A DNA stretch of 63,923 nt, counting the filler, from Lenisia limosa (lineage: Eukaryota > Protista > Breviatea): assembly GCA_001655205.1 (NCBI GenBank). It is 14 parts of 14 records of this genome, joined end to end, with 100 filler letters (N's around TTAATTAATTAA, not from the genome) between each part and the next. Parts side by side here need not be neighbours in the genome. Positions count along the whole stretch, not along the records: positions 18,111 to 36,768 come from LPNZ01008303.1; 13 more parts are not named here. One strand, 5' to 3'. Position numbers and translations under genes: made by a program. Every line of letters starts with the position of its first letter. The stretch's first letter is position 1. The notes beneath the pieces are model-generated. The model was not told where the DNA came from. It ran no database searches and saw only the letters and a list, made by a program, of their open reading frames with translations. This document shows positions 21,301 to 34,332 of this stretch, piece after piece.

Positions 21301-24300
21301 GTTATTCAGTCCCAAAATAGACTGAATTTCCCGATTAATTCTCGATAAAATATTGATATTTTGACGATCTTTTTCGGACCGCAAGGAAGGCCTAAATATA
21401 GTACAGCCTTACTGAAGTAAAAAGTCGCATAACAGCTACGACAGCCATTTCTCTGTTGGTTTTCCCTCCTTGGTTCGCTGCTGGAGTGTGACGAAAAACA
21501 ACTATCTTTCAAAATATATATCTCTTTTTTTTTTCTGTAGTATATGTATATCATATGATATGATACATATTCATCATTCAGTAGGAATTTAAAAATGACT
21601 ATTTCAGTTTAATCCAAAAACTGGAAATCAAATGTACATATTCTCAAGCAGCTCACCACTTTCTTGGACAGCTGTGGAATTCGGTTCATCCGGCAGAGTG
21701 TGATCCTAAAGTGTCAGATCACTACTCTCATTTACCCTCACGATAGATGGGTATTACCATTTGGGGCTCCTCGTCAGTTTCGGTGTCGCTTCGAAGAACC
21801 AAAAGGGGCATATCATTTTCGACGGGTGACGCTGGGGCTGTAGACGGATCACAAGGTAGCTCAGATGCCGCCTGTGGTATGAGTACCGTAAATATCATAG
21901 ATCAAACAAAACAAGAAATCAACTACGGTGATTTATGCTCCAATAGTAATCACCCCCAGGAGCATACAGGGGTTGGGAATCTCACGAGTGGTGAAGACAA
22001 AGTTACAGGAGCCTCCATACTACAGCTGTTAATGTCTCCATACTACAGCTGTTAATGTCTCCATACTACAGCTGTTCCATACTACAACTGTTAACGTCTC
22101 CATACTAGAACTGTTAATGTCTCCTCTCCGGCATGTACGTTGTACCCAGCCCCCCCCCCAACTCTGCCCATTCCCAGAGAGCGNNNNNNNNNNNNNNNNN
22201 NNNNNNNNNNNNNNNNNNNNNNNNNNNNNNNNNNNNNNNNNNNNNNNNNNNNNNGGGCCCATCATCACTGAAGGCCGATGACGGCAACGCAAAGAGTAGA
22301 GTCAGCAGGGCTCTGGGGGGTCAATACTCCTCTTATTGACTCACATCATTTCATCAAGATCGTAGCACCATTGCGGTCTTGTGGCTTGAATGTAGCGATG
22401 CAATCCAACCTCGGCAATTGCCTAATTATATCAGATAACACTCATTTAAAATAGAGTAGCATATCCAGAAACACAAGAATAATGAGTGTATCTATTCGTC
22501 AATTCAAATTGTCCAGCATAAAAGATACATCCCTGACATGTACTTCCACCCTACCATGTTCAAACGTGCAGTGAACAAGCCGTCCTCTGTGAATCTGCGA
22601 ATTTCTGCCATCATATCCGTCATTTCATCCAACGCGTCCTAAAAAAAAAAGTGAAAGAGATCACTTGTATGTTCCCCCCTCAACCTATGTTTCCCCCCAA
22701 CCTCATTGAGCATGGCTCCACTAGAAGGGACAGAAATATTGTTCATGTAGTCACATTGGTAACAAGTCGCAACTGTAACAGTGATAACAGCAAGTTAAAG
22801 CTAATAATCAATTCTCTCAAATAACTCTTCAAATCTGTGGATGCAAACTTCCCCCAGCCCACCCTTATACTGTGTTTGGTCCATAATATTCCAAACACGC
22901 TTTTGCACCTGGGACACATACTCAATTTTCTGGTTCTGAAAAATTTAAATGAGTGGTGACCAATCACACACACTCCTTGTGTACCTTTGATTCAAGAGCG
23001 ATCTTATAAGCTTTAGCTGCCTCAACAACAAGCACCACCATTCCTTCAAACTCTATACGACTGTAGTCTTCGGTAATAGGTGCAGTGAAAAGTGTCTATC
23101 AGGTGAAATATGATACACAATGTCATCATGTCCATTAATTTAACGAAGACACAAAATTGAAGCGTTTAGAGCTTCTCACCTTGATATTGACAGGAATAGT
23201 GGAATCAGGAGAGAGGTTTGTTGAAGGTTCTGCGGAGGTAAATACAGAAACTCCGTTGAAGCACAACAATTAAAATTAAGACTGAAAGGATGTACTGAGG
23301 CTCCCCAAAACTGACTTTACCAGAGCCTCACCTGGAGCTGTAGTACTATCATCCACAACGTCTATTTCAATTTCTTCATTATCAATTAAAGTGCCTTCAG
23401 AAGTCAGAAAGTGATTTCAATCTTCAAGGATAAAATATCATATAATATATTATACAAACAATAGTAAACATACCATACTTAACATGTATGGTTTCATCCC
23501 AACATACCACTGTTTGCGACATCCCTCATTAGAACACTACTCAAATCGCTTAGTTCAACATCCTGGGCTGCTACAAGAGACCTTAAACCAAAACTGTAAA
23601 GCTCATCCTAAAAAAGCCCAAAACAGTAATAAATATCCCCTAGCGCCCGCATCAAAACAGATTTCCAAACAATACTGCAAGCTTAAAGCTAGATTCAAGG
23701 CTGAAATAAAGAGTCATATAATTAATAACACGAGTAAGGTTTATTCAAGCTTCGGAACAACATACCTCTTAAGGCTGGGGGAGGAGCAATACGAGGAAGA
23801 GTGGTTGCTCCAGACTCAGGACCTACTCCTGACATCCTCAAAAACGCCTATATAACTCAAGGGAGAATGACAAGAAGGTAAAAGAGTTCGATTGCGTACA
23901 ATTGAAACTCCTTTTTCCTTTTGGTCTTTCAGCAAGTCTTAAGGGGCTTGTATCACTCTATACACCACCCAATATACACACTACGGACACACTTCACACC
24001 AGATATAATACAGCAAAAACAGCTATGACGGCAATGACGCAATAACCAGGCTAATGATGTGACTGTTATTATGTGTTGGTGTGTTGCTTAATGGTTTGGT
24101 TTGGTCTTTCTGTTTTCCCAGGTTTCCAGTTTCCAAAAGTTTTTCTTTTTCCGGTTTTTGGTTCCCGGTACGCACCGGGCATAATTGGTCTTATATCAGT
24201 AAACTGATCGATAAAGTGGCGTGGAGTTTGCGCGAGGTGGCGTACCGAGTTGGTTGCGGAATTCTCTGTGGTACCAGTGAGTATCATATAAATATGTTAC

Positions 24301-27300
24301 CAGTATTTGGACCCACTATCATGCCACTATTTGACTGGTGGAAGACTAATTTTCATGAGTGGAGGCCCCTTGTGATTAAGCTGTATAAAGCTTGTAATTG
24401 CCCGCCCTTGTATGCCCGTTTATTGAAACTTGCCACTTTGGGATTTGCTCCTATCTTAGCAGAGTCGTAGTAATCCTGCTCAATAAGCTCTTCTATTGTA
24501 TAAGTCTACAATAAGGTGCTCTAATATGCCCGTGAGAGCCTCAAAGCCGACTTTTCCAGCCCTGATCAAGATGGGCGGGAAGGGGCGTGTTTCTATAAGA
24601 GCATTTTCTGTTTTTTTTTCCCACTTACTTCCAAAATCCTATCATAACCTATATTCATCACCCATTTTTCAATACTCTCATAAATCAGTAAAAAAATAAA
24701 AGCAATTGCAATATCAGTATCAGTGGGTCCCAGCGATCACAAAATTTCTATCATTTACCTTGGAGGTGTCACAAGGTATTTCTCTATTCATATCGATTGT
24801 TGTAAGAAGACTATCATCATCATTGGTACGGATGGCACCCGTCAAAAAAAAGGCCAATTGGATTACATTACCACTGCTAGCCTCTTTGAACCTTTAGCGG
24901 TGTTACACCAACTTGGCTACCCTGACAATCGCTGCGGGGAATGTGAGATAGGCTATAGCTCTGCAGACAGTACAGGTACAACTGCGTGTGCTGCTCTTAA
25001 AAGACCCTTGCAACACTTTGTTATAGTGTTGGTGGAAATGAATATCTATTACTCCTATACTACAATAACATACCTGCACCTCTGCTCGGCAAATAAAACA
25101 ACTCAAACAACATAAAGAAACTGAAGCCACTAGGTGTAGGAAATCATGACAGCTCCCACCGCACCTGAACAATCAAATAACACAATCAGCGTATAGATAT
25201 TACAATGAATTATCAGCATTTCCCAATACCCACTTGGTGCTGAGGGGTCGTCAGACCTTGTTAGGGGGTTGGTTCGTGGCGATATCTGATGGTGAGTAAC
25301 AGGAAAAACCCATATGATTGGAACAAAATGTGCAAAAAAAAACCCCGATCATAAATATCACCAGGTACCCTTGGTGCTACCGGCGGCGTAGGACGCAACA
25401 AACAACGAGGAGTGTCCTGAGCCTCCACAGTCTAATATCGTAAAACAAGACTTTAAGCAAAACCAAAACCACCTTTTTCGAATGCTGGACAACCACAGAA
25501 GCAGGGCCTCTTGGGGATATGGTATGGCGGGGTGGAGCCTGTATTCTTAGTAGAGGGTATTGTTTTTGAGCGCATTTCAAAGTGACTACAAGGTAAGACA
25601 GCGTCAAGAGATAACACCCAGGTACAATTGAGGATATTCCAAGGGAGGAAGCAGGGAGAAGGGAAGCTGATGCACCAGGTTGGTCAACTGACTGATGGTG
25701 TAAGTAACGCTACAATACAGCAATAATGAAAAGTAATTTAAAACAGCCACTCACAAGATCTTGACTGGTGTAGGTGACAACGGATATTGAGGGCGAGTGG
25801 GTGATGAGATTGCCACGAGAAGCTGAAATAATTACAAATATCGTCTATTTGGTGGACAAACAGAAAGTACTTGGGATTCTTGGGAGACTGAGAGGGCTTG
25901 AATGCTTGGACTGAAGTGATACTGAGAAAGGTCAAAGGTTACTGTCAATCAAAAACAAGCCAAATGCTACCCCTACTTTTGGAGGTAATGGAAGATGATG
26001 AGCCTCCAGCAATAGTTGGAAGTTTCAAATGAGGCACTCTAAAGCCATAAGGGAGGGGGGGGGGGGGAGNNNNNNNNNNNNNNNNNNNNNNNNNNNNNNN
26101 NNNNNNNNNNNNNNNNNNNNNNNNNNNNNNNNNNNNNNNNNNNNNNNNNNNNNNNNNNNNNNNNNNNNNNNNNNNNNNNNNNNNNAACTCCAAACAAAAA
26201 ACAAAAAACAAGGAATAACAAACACGAGCAACCAACGCTAAAAAACTAGACAAACGCCAGATGACAAAACAAAAAGAACAAAAATAAGCCCGAGCCAGCC
26301 TTTGAAGAGTTCCACCACCGCTTGATCACCCAAACATACCTGTAAGGCGTTAAAAAAGTAAGGGAAAAAAAAAATCCGACTTATTAACGGTCACAACCCA
26401 ATCATAACGCTTAGAGCCGTCCCAAGCATATGACCCCCGAGGGGATCAAAGCTGGATGGACAGAGCGCGAACCAGACCAGACTGCAGAAAAGAATCTCTA
26501 CTGGTACGAACAATATGGTGTCAAGCAAACTGTAACTATTCTAAACTATACTGATGCTGAGCAAAAAAGTAGTAATGGTATCAACAAGAAGTGGCTGGGC
26601 AAACACAAAGCACACACACAGCAAACATTAAAATTAAAACAACAGCACACAAACAATACAAAGGGGCACAAGTCAAAGGTTACTGTACAAATATTAAGCT
26701 GAGGGGAATAATCGCACTAGGACTATGAAAAAGCTCCCCTAGTTAATCTTTCAACCTAGACATTGTGACAGACTTGGCGCATAAGGCGGCCGTGTCTGGG
26801 GTTAATGAAGGGAAATCTGCAGACAGAAATGAAGGTGTGTGTGGGGGGGGGGGGGANNNNNNNNNNNNNNNNNNNNNNNNNNNNNNNNNNNNNNNNNNNN
26901 NNNNNNNNNNNNNNNNNNNNNNNNNNNNNNNNNNNNNNATAACAACGAATATCAGGTAGTTACACCTAAAGAAAGGAGGCGGGAAAAGAAAGATCAGTAA
27001 TAAATAAGAAAGAAGAGGAAGACGAGAGCCCGTCAGCCTTGAGGGGCAGGATGGAGGAACCACTCTTACATTGGGGGCGAAGCTGGTGTTGTTTCTTCTA
27101 AAATTGTTAACGCAAATACCAAATCTACACCTTCTTATCACCCCCTTACCAACGCAAAAGGCTTCATCATCACTTTCCGACTTTTCGGTTAGAGCTTCAA
27201 AGGAACTCGTGCCATGCATCCGAGCCACATTCTCGGTTGGTTGCTAATATTGTAAATCGCTGAGACCAAATCGACCAGCTTTTTACTTGTCAAAAAAATC

Positions 27301-27830
27301 CATATATTTTCAAAAAAAGTTGAGATAGCCAAGAACTGAACACCCCTGGTACCTGAAGAGGAGACACTCGAGGCGACAATGCTGACACGGGACTGGCGGG
27401 GGTATTCGGCGAACCTGGGCGTAAGGTGGCTTGACGCGATTTTGACAACCTACCAGTTGGTGATGACAGAATCTTACCTGGGGCCTGTCGCTTGGCCCTT
27501 GACGAGTTCGACCCAAGGGAGGATCTAGTGCTTTAGATACCCAAATGCGGAACAAAATTAACTGAAATGAGAATCCAAAGCTTAGCCATCCAAACCTGGA
27601 TAAATTTCGATTTTTATGAAGAAGATGGATATCCTCCTTCGATGAAACTTCAGTCAGAGGGATTTCCTCAGCAAGATCCCATTCGACTTGCGCAACATTA
27701 GGTATGCGCATAACTGTTGGACGAGGAATTGTTGGTGAATAGTCTGCTAAGGTCTCAAATTTCCCCGCTACAGGAGGAACTGGCATTCGAAGCGGGCCGC
27801 GACTTGCCATGTTAGGAAAGTGGGACGTGT
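18360..27830 (-). CDS. One or more long unidentified multi-exon genes on the minus strand
   Basis: Many open GT-AG-bounded blocks (e.g. DIIGRTGRVVAESNNFTPDFAVTWGFLNKITEM; DALDEMTDMMAEIRRFTEDGLFTARLNM; SRIEFEGMVVLVVEAAKAYKIALESK; RGPLRMPVPPVAGKFETLADYSPTIPRP). Gene boundaries and identity are unresolved. Confidence 0.4.
21306..21391. mobile_element. MITE family A copy
   Basis: CAGTCCCAAAATAGACTGAATTTC...TTTTTCGGACCGCAAGGAAGGCC followed by TAA. Confidence 0.7.
22013..22123 (-). repeat. About five tandem 23-bp units ACATTAACAGCTGTAG|TATGGAG (3' splice site plus exon start)
   Basis: The last unit on the minus strand continues into an open block MEAPVTLSSPL ending at a GTGAG donor. Confidence 0.7.
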
Positions 27831-28330
27831 CATATATTGCTCTGGCTTGTTTTTCCTCTTCTAGCCGCTGCCGGATTCGCTGTTCTCGAAGGANNNNNNN
27901 NNNNNNNNNNNNNNNNNNNNNNNNNNNNNNNNNNNNNNNNNNNNNNNNNNNNNNNNNNNNNNNNNNNNNNNNNNNNNNNNNNNNNNNNNNNNNNATAAAT
28001 TAAGGGCAATATTGATTGCAAAGTACCTGATGGGGGGGACATTTCCAGTTGCCTTTGATTTGTGATCCTCGTAGGCCGTCCCTGGCTTGGAGATAATGGA
28101 GTGTTTCTGGGGGTAAGAGATAATCAAGGCATTGCGGTACTTCAGCGTGTGGAATAAATGAGATCCCCCCCCCCCCCAANNNNNNNNNNNNNNNNNNNNN
28201 NNNNNNNNNNNNNNNNNNNNNNNNNNNNNNNNNNNNNNNNNNNNNNNNNNNNNNNNNNNNNNNNNNNNNNNNNNNNNNNNNNNNNNNNNNNNNNNNNNNN
28301 NNNNNNNNNNNNNNNNNNNNNNNNNNNNNN

Positions 28331-30427
28331 ATCCCCCATTTATTCGGGACGGCCTTTTCAGTTTCTTCCTCGTGATTGCTCAGAGCCAGGATGGGCTTCT
28401 CTGAAGATGCGATTGGCGTCATCTCATCTGCACGCATTGAGGCGCTAGCAAGTCGTCGCCGGGCATATTCGCGTTTGGCCTTGGCGCTTGTCGACGAGAT
28501 TCGCGTAACGTATTCGGCCATTGCATCTGCGTTGCATTTAATTTCATCCAAGGGGGCGTCTAGCTCGGTCTGAGGAGTGTCATTATGAGAATTCTGTCGT
28601 GTGTGTGGAGTCGCAGGGGTTTGTGACGCACTGCGGTTCTGGGTACTGTTAGGCCTGGGCGGCTTGACAGAATTGGTTCTAACCGAAGAACTAGTTAGGC
28701 GTGGCCGAACTTCTGTGACCTTCTGGAGGTCGTTGCTATTTTCGTCTTCTACGCCAAGCTTTTTCTTCTCTTCTCTTCTCTTTTCGACTTCGTCTCTTTC
28801 TTCGCTCGTCTGTTCATTTTTCTTCTGCTTTTCTTTACTTTTCTCCTCCATTTTAAGTGCTTCCTTCTGATTTTTCCTTTCTTCATCTTTACGTTTTCTG
28901 TCCGTCTCCTTTCTCAACTTGCCTTCCCATCTCCTCAACTGTTCTTCTTCTCTTTTCCTCTGGTTCTTTTGTCTTTCTTCATTCAATTTTTCTTCATTTT
29001 TTTTCTTCCTTACCTCTTCCTTCTCAATCAGCTTTTTGGTTTTTTCTTCTTCCCTCTTCTCTTTCTCAAGTTTCCTTTTCTCCTTATCTTCAATTGTTCT
29101 TACAGTTTCCTTTTGTTTTCTGTCTTTGCTGTCATCATTTGCTTTGGCCTTTTTTCTCTCATTTGTCTTCCCTTCTTCTTCCCTCCTTTTCTTTTCTTCT
29201 TCCTCTCTCTGCCCTTCTCCAATTCCTTCGTTGTTTCCTTGTTTTTTCTTAGATTCTTCAATTTTTAACTGTTCCGTCTCCCTGTTCACTTCTGTTTCTC
29301 TTGCTAACTTGTTTTCATCTTTCTTTTCAATTTCTGATCCTTTCTCTTCTTCCATTTCTAATTCTATCCTTCTCAATCTTTCCTCTTCCTTTTCTTTTAT
29401 CAATCTTTCCTCTTCCTTTTCTTTTATCAATCTTTCCTCTTCCTTTTCCTTTTTCAATCTTTTTTCTTCCTTTTCATCTTTCAATCTTTCTTCCTCTTTT
29501 TCCCTTTTCAATCTTTCCTCTTCCTCTTCCTTTTTCAATCGTTCTTCCTCTTTTTCCCTTTTCAATCTTTCTTCTTCTTCCCTTTCCAACCTTTCCTCTT
29601 CTTCTTTTTTTAGTCTTTCTTCTTCTTTTTCCCTTTCCAACATTTCCTCTTCTTCCTTTTTCAACATTTCCTCTTCCTCTTCCTTTTTCATTCTATCCTC
29701 TTCTTTTTCCCTTTTCAATCTTTCCTCTTCTTCTTTTTTCAATCTTTTTTCCTCTTTTCCCCTTTTCAATATTTCCTCTTCTTCTTCTTTTTTCAGTCTT
29801 TCTTCTTCTTTTTCCCTTTCCAACATTTCCTCTTCTTCCTTTTTCAATCTTTCTTCCTCTTTTCCCCTTTTCAATCTTTCTTCTTCTTCCCTTTCCAACC
29901 TTTCCTCTTCTTCTTCCTTTTCTTTTTTCAATCTCTCTTCTTCCTTTTCCCTTCTTTTTTGCAATCTTTCCTCTTCTTCCTTTTCCTTTCTCAATCTTAC
30001 CTCTTTTTCTTCCTCTTTTTTCAATACTTCCTCCTTTTCCTTCTCCTCCTTTTTCAACCTTTCTTCTTCTTCTTCATCTTCTATTATTTTTTCTTCTTCC
30101 TTCTCCAACCTGTCATCTTTTTCTTTATTAAATATTTCTCCTTCATCTTCCTCTTCCTTTTTCAATCCATCTTCTTCCTTTTCTTCTTCCAATCTTTTCT
30201 CTTCTATCTTTTTTCCCTCCTTTCTTTCTTCTTCCACTTCCATTGCCTCATCTTTATCACTCTCTCCACTGTCATTTGCGATTACTTCATCATCATTGCT
30301 GTCCTCTTTGCCGTTGGCAACCTCACCAAAAGATTGTGGTGAAGTGTTTTCTTTGATTGGTGACTCTGAGAGAGCGGGTAGAGCAGTTGTGGTGGCAGCC
30401 CCAAGTTCAGCAACTGTGATCGGTTAA
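28331..30427 (-). CDS. Long intron-free Glu/Lys/Arg-rich low-complexity coiled-coil ORF with (K)EEERL(K) repeats
   Basis: About 700 open codons (ORF track 28000..30243 spans gaps); near-pure purine coding strand; tandem codon-phased repeats. Upstream frame is interrupted. Confidence 0.65.
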
Positions 30428-31779
30428 GATATCTAATTCATGTGCTCCTTGACAGTTATTTGAACAGACCCCTCGAACTTTCCGGCGGAGGGGCAACAAG
30501 ACTGACCGAACCTCTTCGTCCGCGAACACCTCTTGCTCGCCCTGTACTGCGTTAACGCGTCATGATGAAACAATGAAAGTGATATAACTTCCACAGACCA
30601 GCAGAAATAGCTCTTGGACTAGGTCCAGGTGGAACTCCGAGGTTTGGGGTGGCTCCCGGCGGTGGTGAAGGGGAACCCTGCAAGTGACCAGCTGTTAGAG
30701 TACTGTCTTTGAATAAACACCCCTCCAACCGTTTCGATTTTTTTTGAGACGCCATCTAAAGCGCGACGCCAACGATTACGCGTAACTTCGCGCCTGTCTA
30801 TATCATCTTGTTTTTGTCTGGCCTTTTCTGTCAATGGTGAGAGTAAGTGAAAATAAAGAATAGCAAACCCTGCTGTGCATGAAGTTCCAAATGGCGTTGC
30901 TCACGTAATTCACGCGATTGTTTTTCTTTAATCAATAATCTTCTTTCGGTTGTTGTTAAGTTCTCCTGAAAAATGACATCATCCACCACCTGCCTCACCA
31001 CCATTATCACTATCTCTGCTACTGCTCACTGACTCAACAAACTTGTTCATCCACATCCTCTAACCTGCGGTGCTAAACTGGCAACTGCATTTTCGAGTGC
31101 TTCGCTCTCCCTTTTGGCTGCTTCTAACTTTCGCTCTATATCATCAGGCCACCAAGAATACTCTGAACATTCATGTATTGGAAGGCAATGGTGTTGTCAA
31201 TCAAATAATTAACAGCAAATCATGAACAGACACGCAGTAAAGCGAGTGAAATGAATAATAATAATAACAACAAAAGGGTATAATATTATCAAGCAAGAAA
31301 CATGGACCAGATCGAAGTGACAACCGAAAGAAGGGCGTATGGACTGTGGAAATCCTACCTAAGCGTGAGAGGTTCCGCTGATCACGACTTTCGGACATTA
31401 CAGAATTGTTTTTTTTTGTTTTTTTTACATATTCGGCGAGTATTCGTGGAAAGAAGATGACTACAACTCTAGATCTCCAGATTCTGGTGATAATACTATT
31501 AATATCTCAAATATTGGAACTCTTGCTAAATCAAAAATTATAATAATAAACCTGTAATGGGCCTTTGAACAATGAACACCAAATTTGTTGGCCATGGGGT
31601 GGCGCGGTGTCAACCTACCCAATTGGCTGCCGGTGCCCAGGTGATTCCCCGTTTCCTGCGCCATCTACCCTGGTTAGGTGTTCATTTCATACATATGTTT
31701 TCCATTGATTATGTACAACTACTAGGGAGTAGATAGAGACTACATTAAGCAGGCTTTAAAGACTAGCAAAGCAAGAAGC

Positions 31780-33217
31780 TTAGTTGCGCTTGGGCTTCTT
31801 CTGGTCCTTCTTGGACTTGCGTTCCTTCTTCTCGCCGTGAGCTTCCATCAGCTTGCCAAGATCGAACTTGGGGGCCTTGAGAACCTTGACCTTGCGGATG
31901 AACACGTTCTGGAGGGGGAAAATGTTCTGGCAGTGCTTCTCAATGTCCTTACCAATAACCTCAGGAACGAGCTAAGAATGGTAAAACCAATCAAAAATGA
32001 GATAAAACCCAAGGTGGAAAGAAACTATAAGCAAAACAAACCTTAGAAACAAGGTCGCGAAGGTCAACGGTGGTAGCCTGGGCGATCATGATCTCAGTCA
32101 TGCGCTTGCGGATGGCACGGATCTAACGAATGAGAATGGAAATGTATCAGCAAGGTAGAATAATAAAAAATGAATCAGTAAAATGATATGGATATCATAT
32201 CAACACAGCCTAGCAGCTTCAGTTGAACTATGCAATTTTGGCATCACGTTCAAGAAAAAAGTTAAAGAAGGTCCCCACCATACCTGAGCGGACTGGGCGT
32301 AGCAGGTCTTCGAAGTCTGCTGCTCACGACGCTTGGTGAAACCAATGCAGAACATGCGAAGGTAGTAGCCATCAGTGGTCTGTAGAGGTTTATACCAAGA
32401 TAAAAACTGACAAAAACTAGAGGAAAAAACTGCTCAGAAGAATGGATGGAAATAATTATCTTCATTGGATAAACCACATAAGACAAATGCCTCGAAGTAA
32501 TCATCGCAACTTGTACATATGTTATATTCCCGTCCATACCTTGACATCGACGTGGCACTCAATGGTGGTCTGCCACTTCTTGACGAGAGAACGGAGCTTG
32601 TCGGTGGTGAAGTTCATGCCTATAATATAATTTTTTAAAAAAAAGACAACAAAAAGGAGAACGAAAGAACTCAGTGGATTGAACGGAGGGTTAATTTCAT
32701 TGGAATCCACATCAGACAAATGCCTTGAAATATCAATACATATTTGATATTGTATGTATGCTCTATTTGCCTAGCCTCCATACCGTGGAACTGTGTAAGG
32801 CAGTCTTTGCCCTGAACCTCCTCGCACTTCAGCTTAACCTTGCGGAAAGCAAGATCGTCATCCTGGTTGAGGTCACAGAGGGAGATCTCGTAGATGCGGC
32901 CCTTGAGACCATCAGAGGCGATCTCTAGAAAAAAAGTTAGAAGTCAGGACATACTCAGCAGACCAAATATCATAAAAACCATGCATACTGGTACCAGTGG
33001 TACGGGTAACGAGAGTCTTGCCAACTTCACGCTTCTTGAAGACAGCGGGAGCCTTGACATCATACCATTCCTTCTTGGTGAAGGGATCGATGCTAAATAA
33101 GAATGAATAAGAGACACTAGAACGGAAAAGGAGCGGGAGAGCATGCATGCCTGCTCACATCTTCTTCTTGCCACCCTTTCCCTTCTTGGAGAGACGCTTA
33201 TTCTTGCCAACAGCCAT
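31780..33217 (-). CDS. RPS3A: 40S ribosomal protein S3a (eS1), spliced, about 6 exons
   Basis: [19 protein letters not shown]|..[29 protein letters not shown]|..[15 protein letters not shown]..|[26 protein letters not shown]|[16 protein letters not shown]..|IRAIRKRM..|..[33 protein letters not shown]. Confidence 0.97.
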
Positions 33218-34140
33218 GGTGCGATACTACCTGCTAGAGTACTAAAGAAAGTTAGAATGAAAAGGGTATTCGAGGAAATAATACTAAAACACAATTAGAT
33301 GATACATATAACAACCAAACAAACGACGAAATAAAAGGATTATACCCAACATACCGAAACCACTAAAAGAGGACAATTCTTGAAAAAAGTCATGTGAAAA
33401 GTGAAATTGGGTGACCAAATCTATTGAACTGAACCTCTATAAATTCACGGATAATTGACAGCATAATACAATCCTTAATTGAATAAAAACTGGCGCAAGA
33501 TATTTTGTAGTGATGGATATAGTTAACTACTTGAGGTTGCAGAACAAAAGCATTTCCATAAATTGAAAAAGTTAGCATAACTCTAAGTACTTGTCCTTTT
33601 TGCTGTTTTGTTAAATAACATAATACCTCCACCACCAGGTCAGTACCATCGTACCACACTACTAAAAAACGTGCTGCTGTTGAGAGTTCATTTAGCTTGA
33701 CCTTGATCATATCACCAAGTGTTATTAGATGGTTATTTAGACAGTTATTCAAAATGGGAGATGACATTGAAGTGGTTGGTTCACCGTTGCAATTTCAAAC
33801 GGTTTCCCCAAACAGTACACAGGTGTGTTTTTTAGTTTTTTGAAGGGGTCCATTGTTACATGATTTACCTCTGTAGACAGCATCGTTACAACCCTCATTG
33901 CCAATGCTTATTCCTGGCGAGTCCAAGAAGGATATTGAGGCAACGTTTAACGTAAGTTATCATCCCCCCCCCTATAATGCAAATGGTTTTCACACAAACG
34001 TCACTCATATTGAAGATTTCTCTTTTCTCAACTTTCCCCCAGATGATACCTTTAAAGCCTTCCCCGAGGCCAGTATCCAGACAGATTCCAAGCTCACAAT
34101 CGTAGACTGGTCTTCTTGTTTTTTTTGTTTTTTTGTTATT

Positions 34141-34332
34141 TGTGTGTGTATCTTTTATTCCAAACTTTTGCCCAACTAATGGAGCATTTGTGTGTGTCTC
34201 TTTTATTCCAAACTTTTGCCCAACTAATGGAGCATTTGAGTGTGTATCTTTTATTCCAAACTTTTGCCCAACTAAATGGAGCATTTGTGTGTGTATCTTT
34301 TATTCCAAACTTTTGCCCAACTAATGGAGCAT
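34141..34332 (+). repeat. Four tandem ~48-bp units TGTGTGTGTATCTTTTATTCCAAACTTTTGCCCAACTAATGGAGCATT upstream of a probable acceptor (34341-34342)
   Basis: Direct reading; each unit contains an ACTAAT branch-point-like motif. Confidence 0.85.

Noticed and set aside
28919-30427. 502-aa Ser/Phe/Leu-rich plus-strand ORF and other overlapping plus-strand ORFs
   Set aside because: Shadow frames of the purine-rich E/K repeat; a pyrimidine-only strand lacks stop codons.
30430-30834. Stop-codon reassignment (TAA/TAG read-through) extending the E/K ORF
   Set aside because: The frame contains TAG, TAG and TAA, but RPS3A ends in TAA and no conserved gene here has in-frame TAR codons. Decay or unrecognised splicing is simpler.
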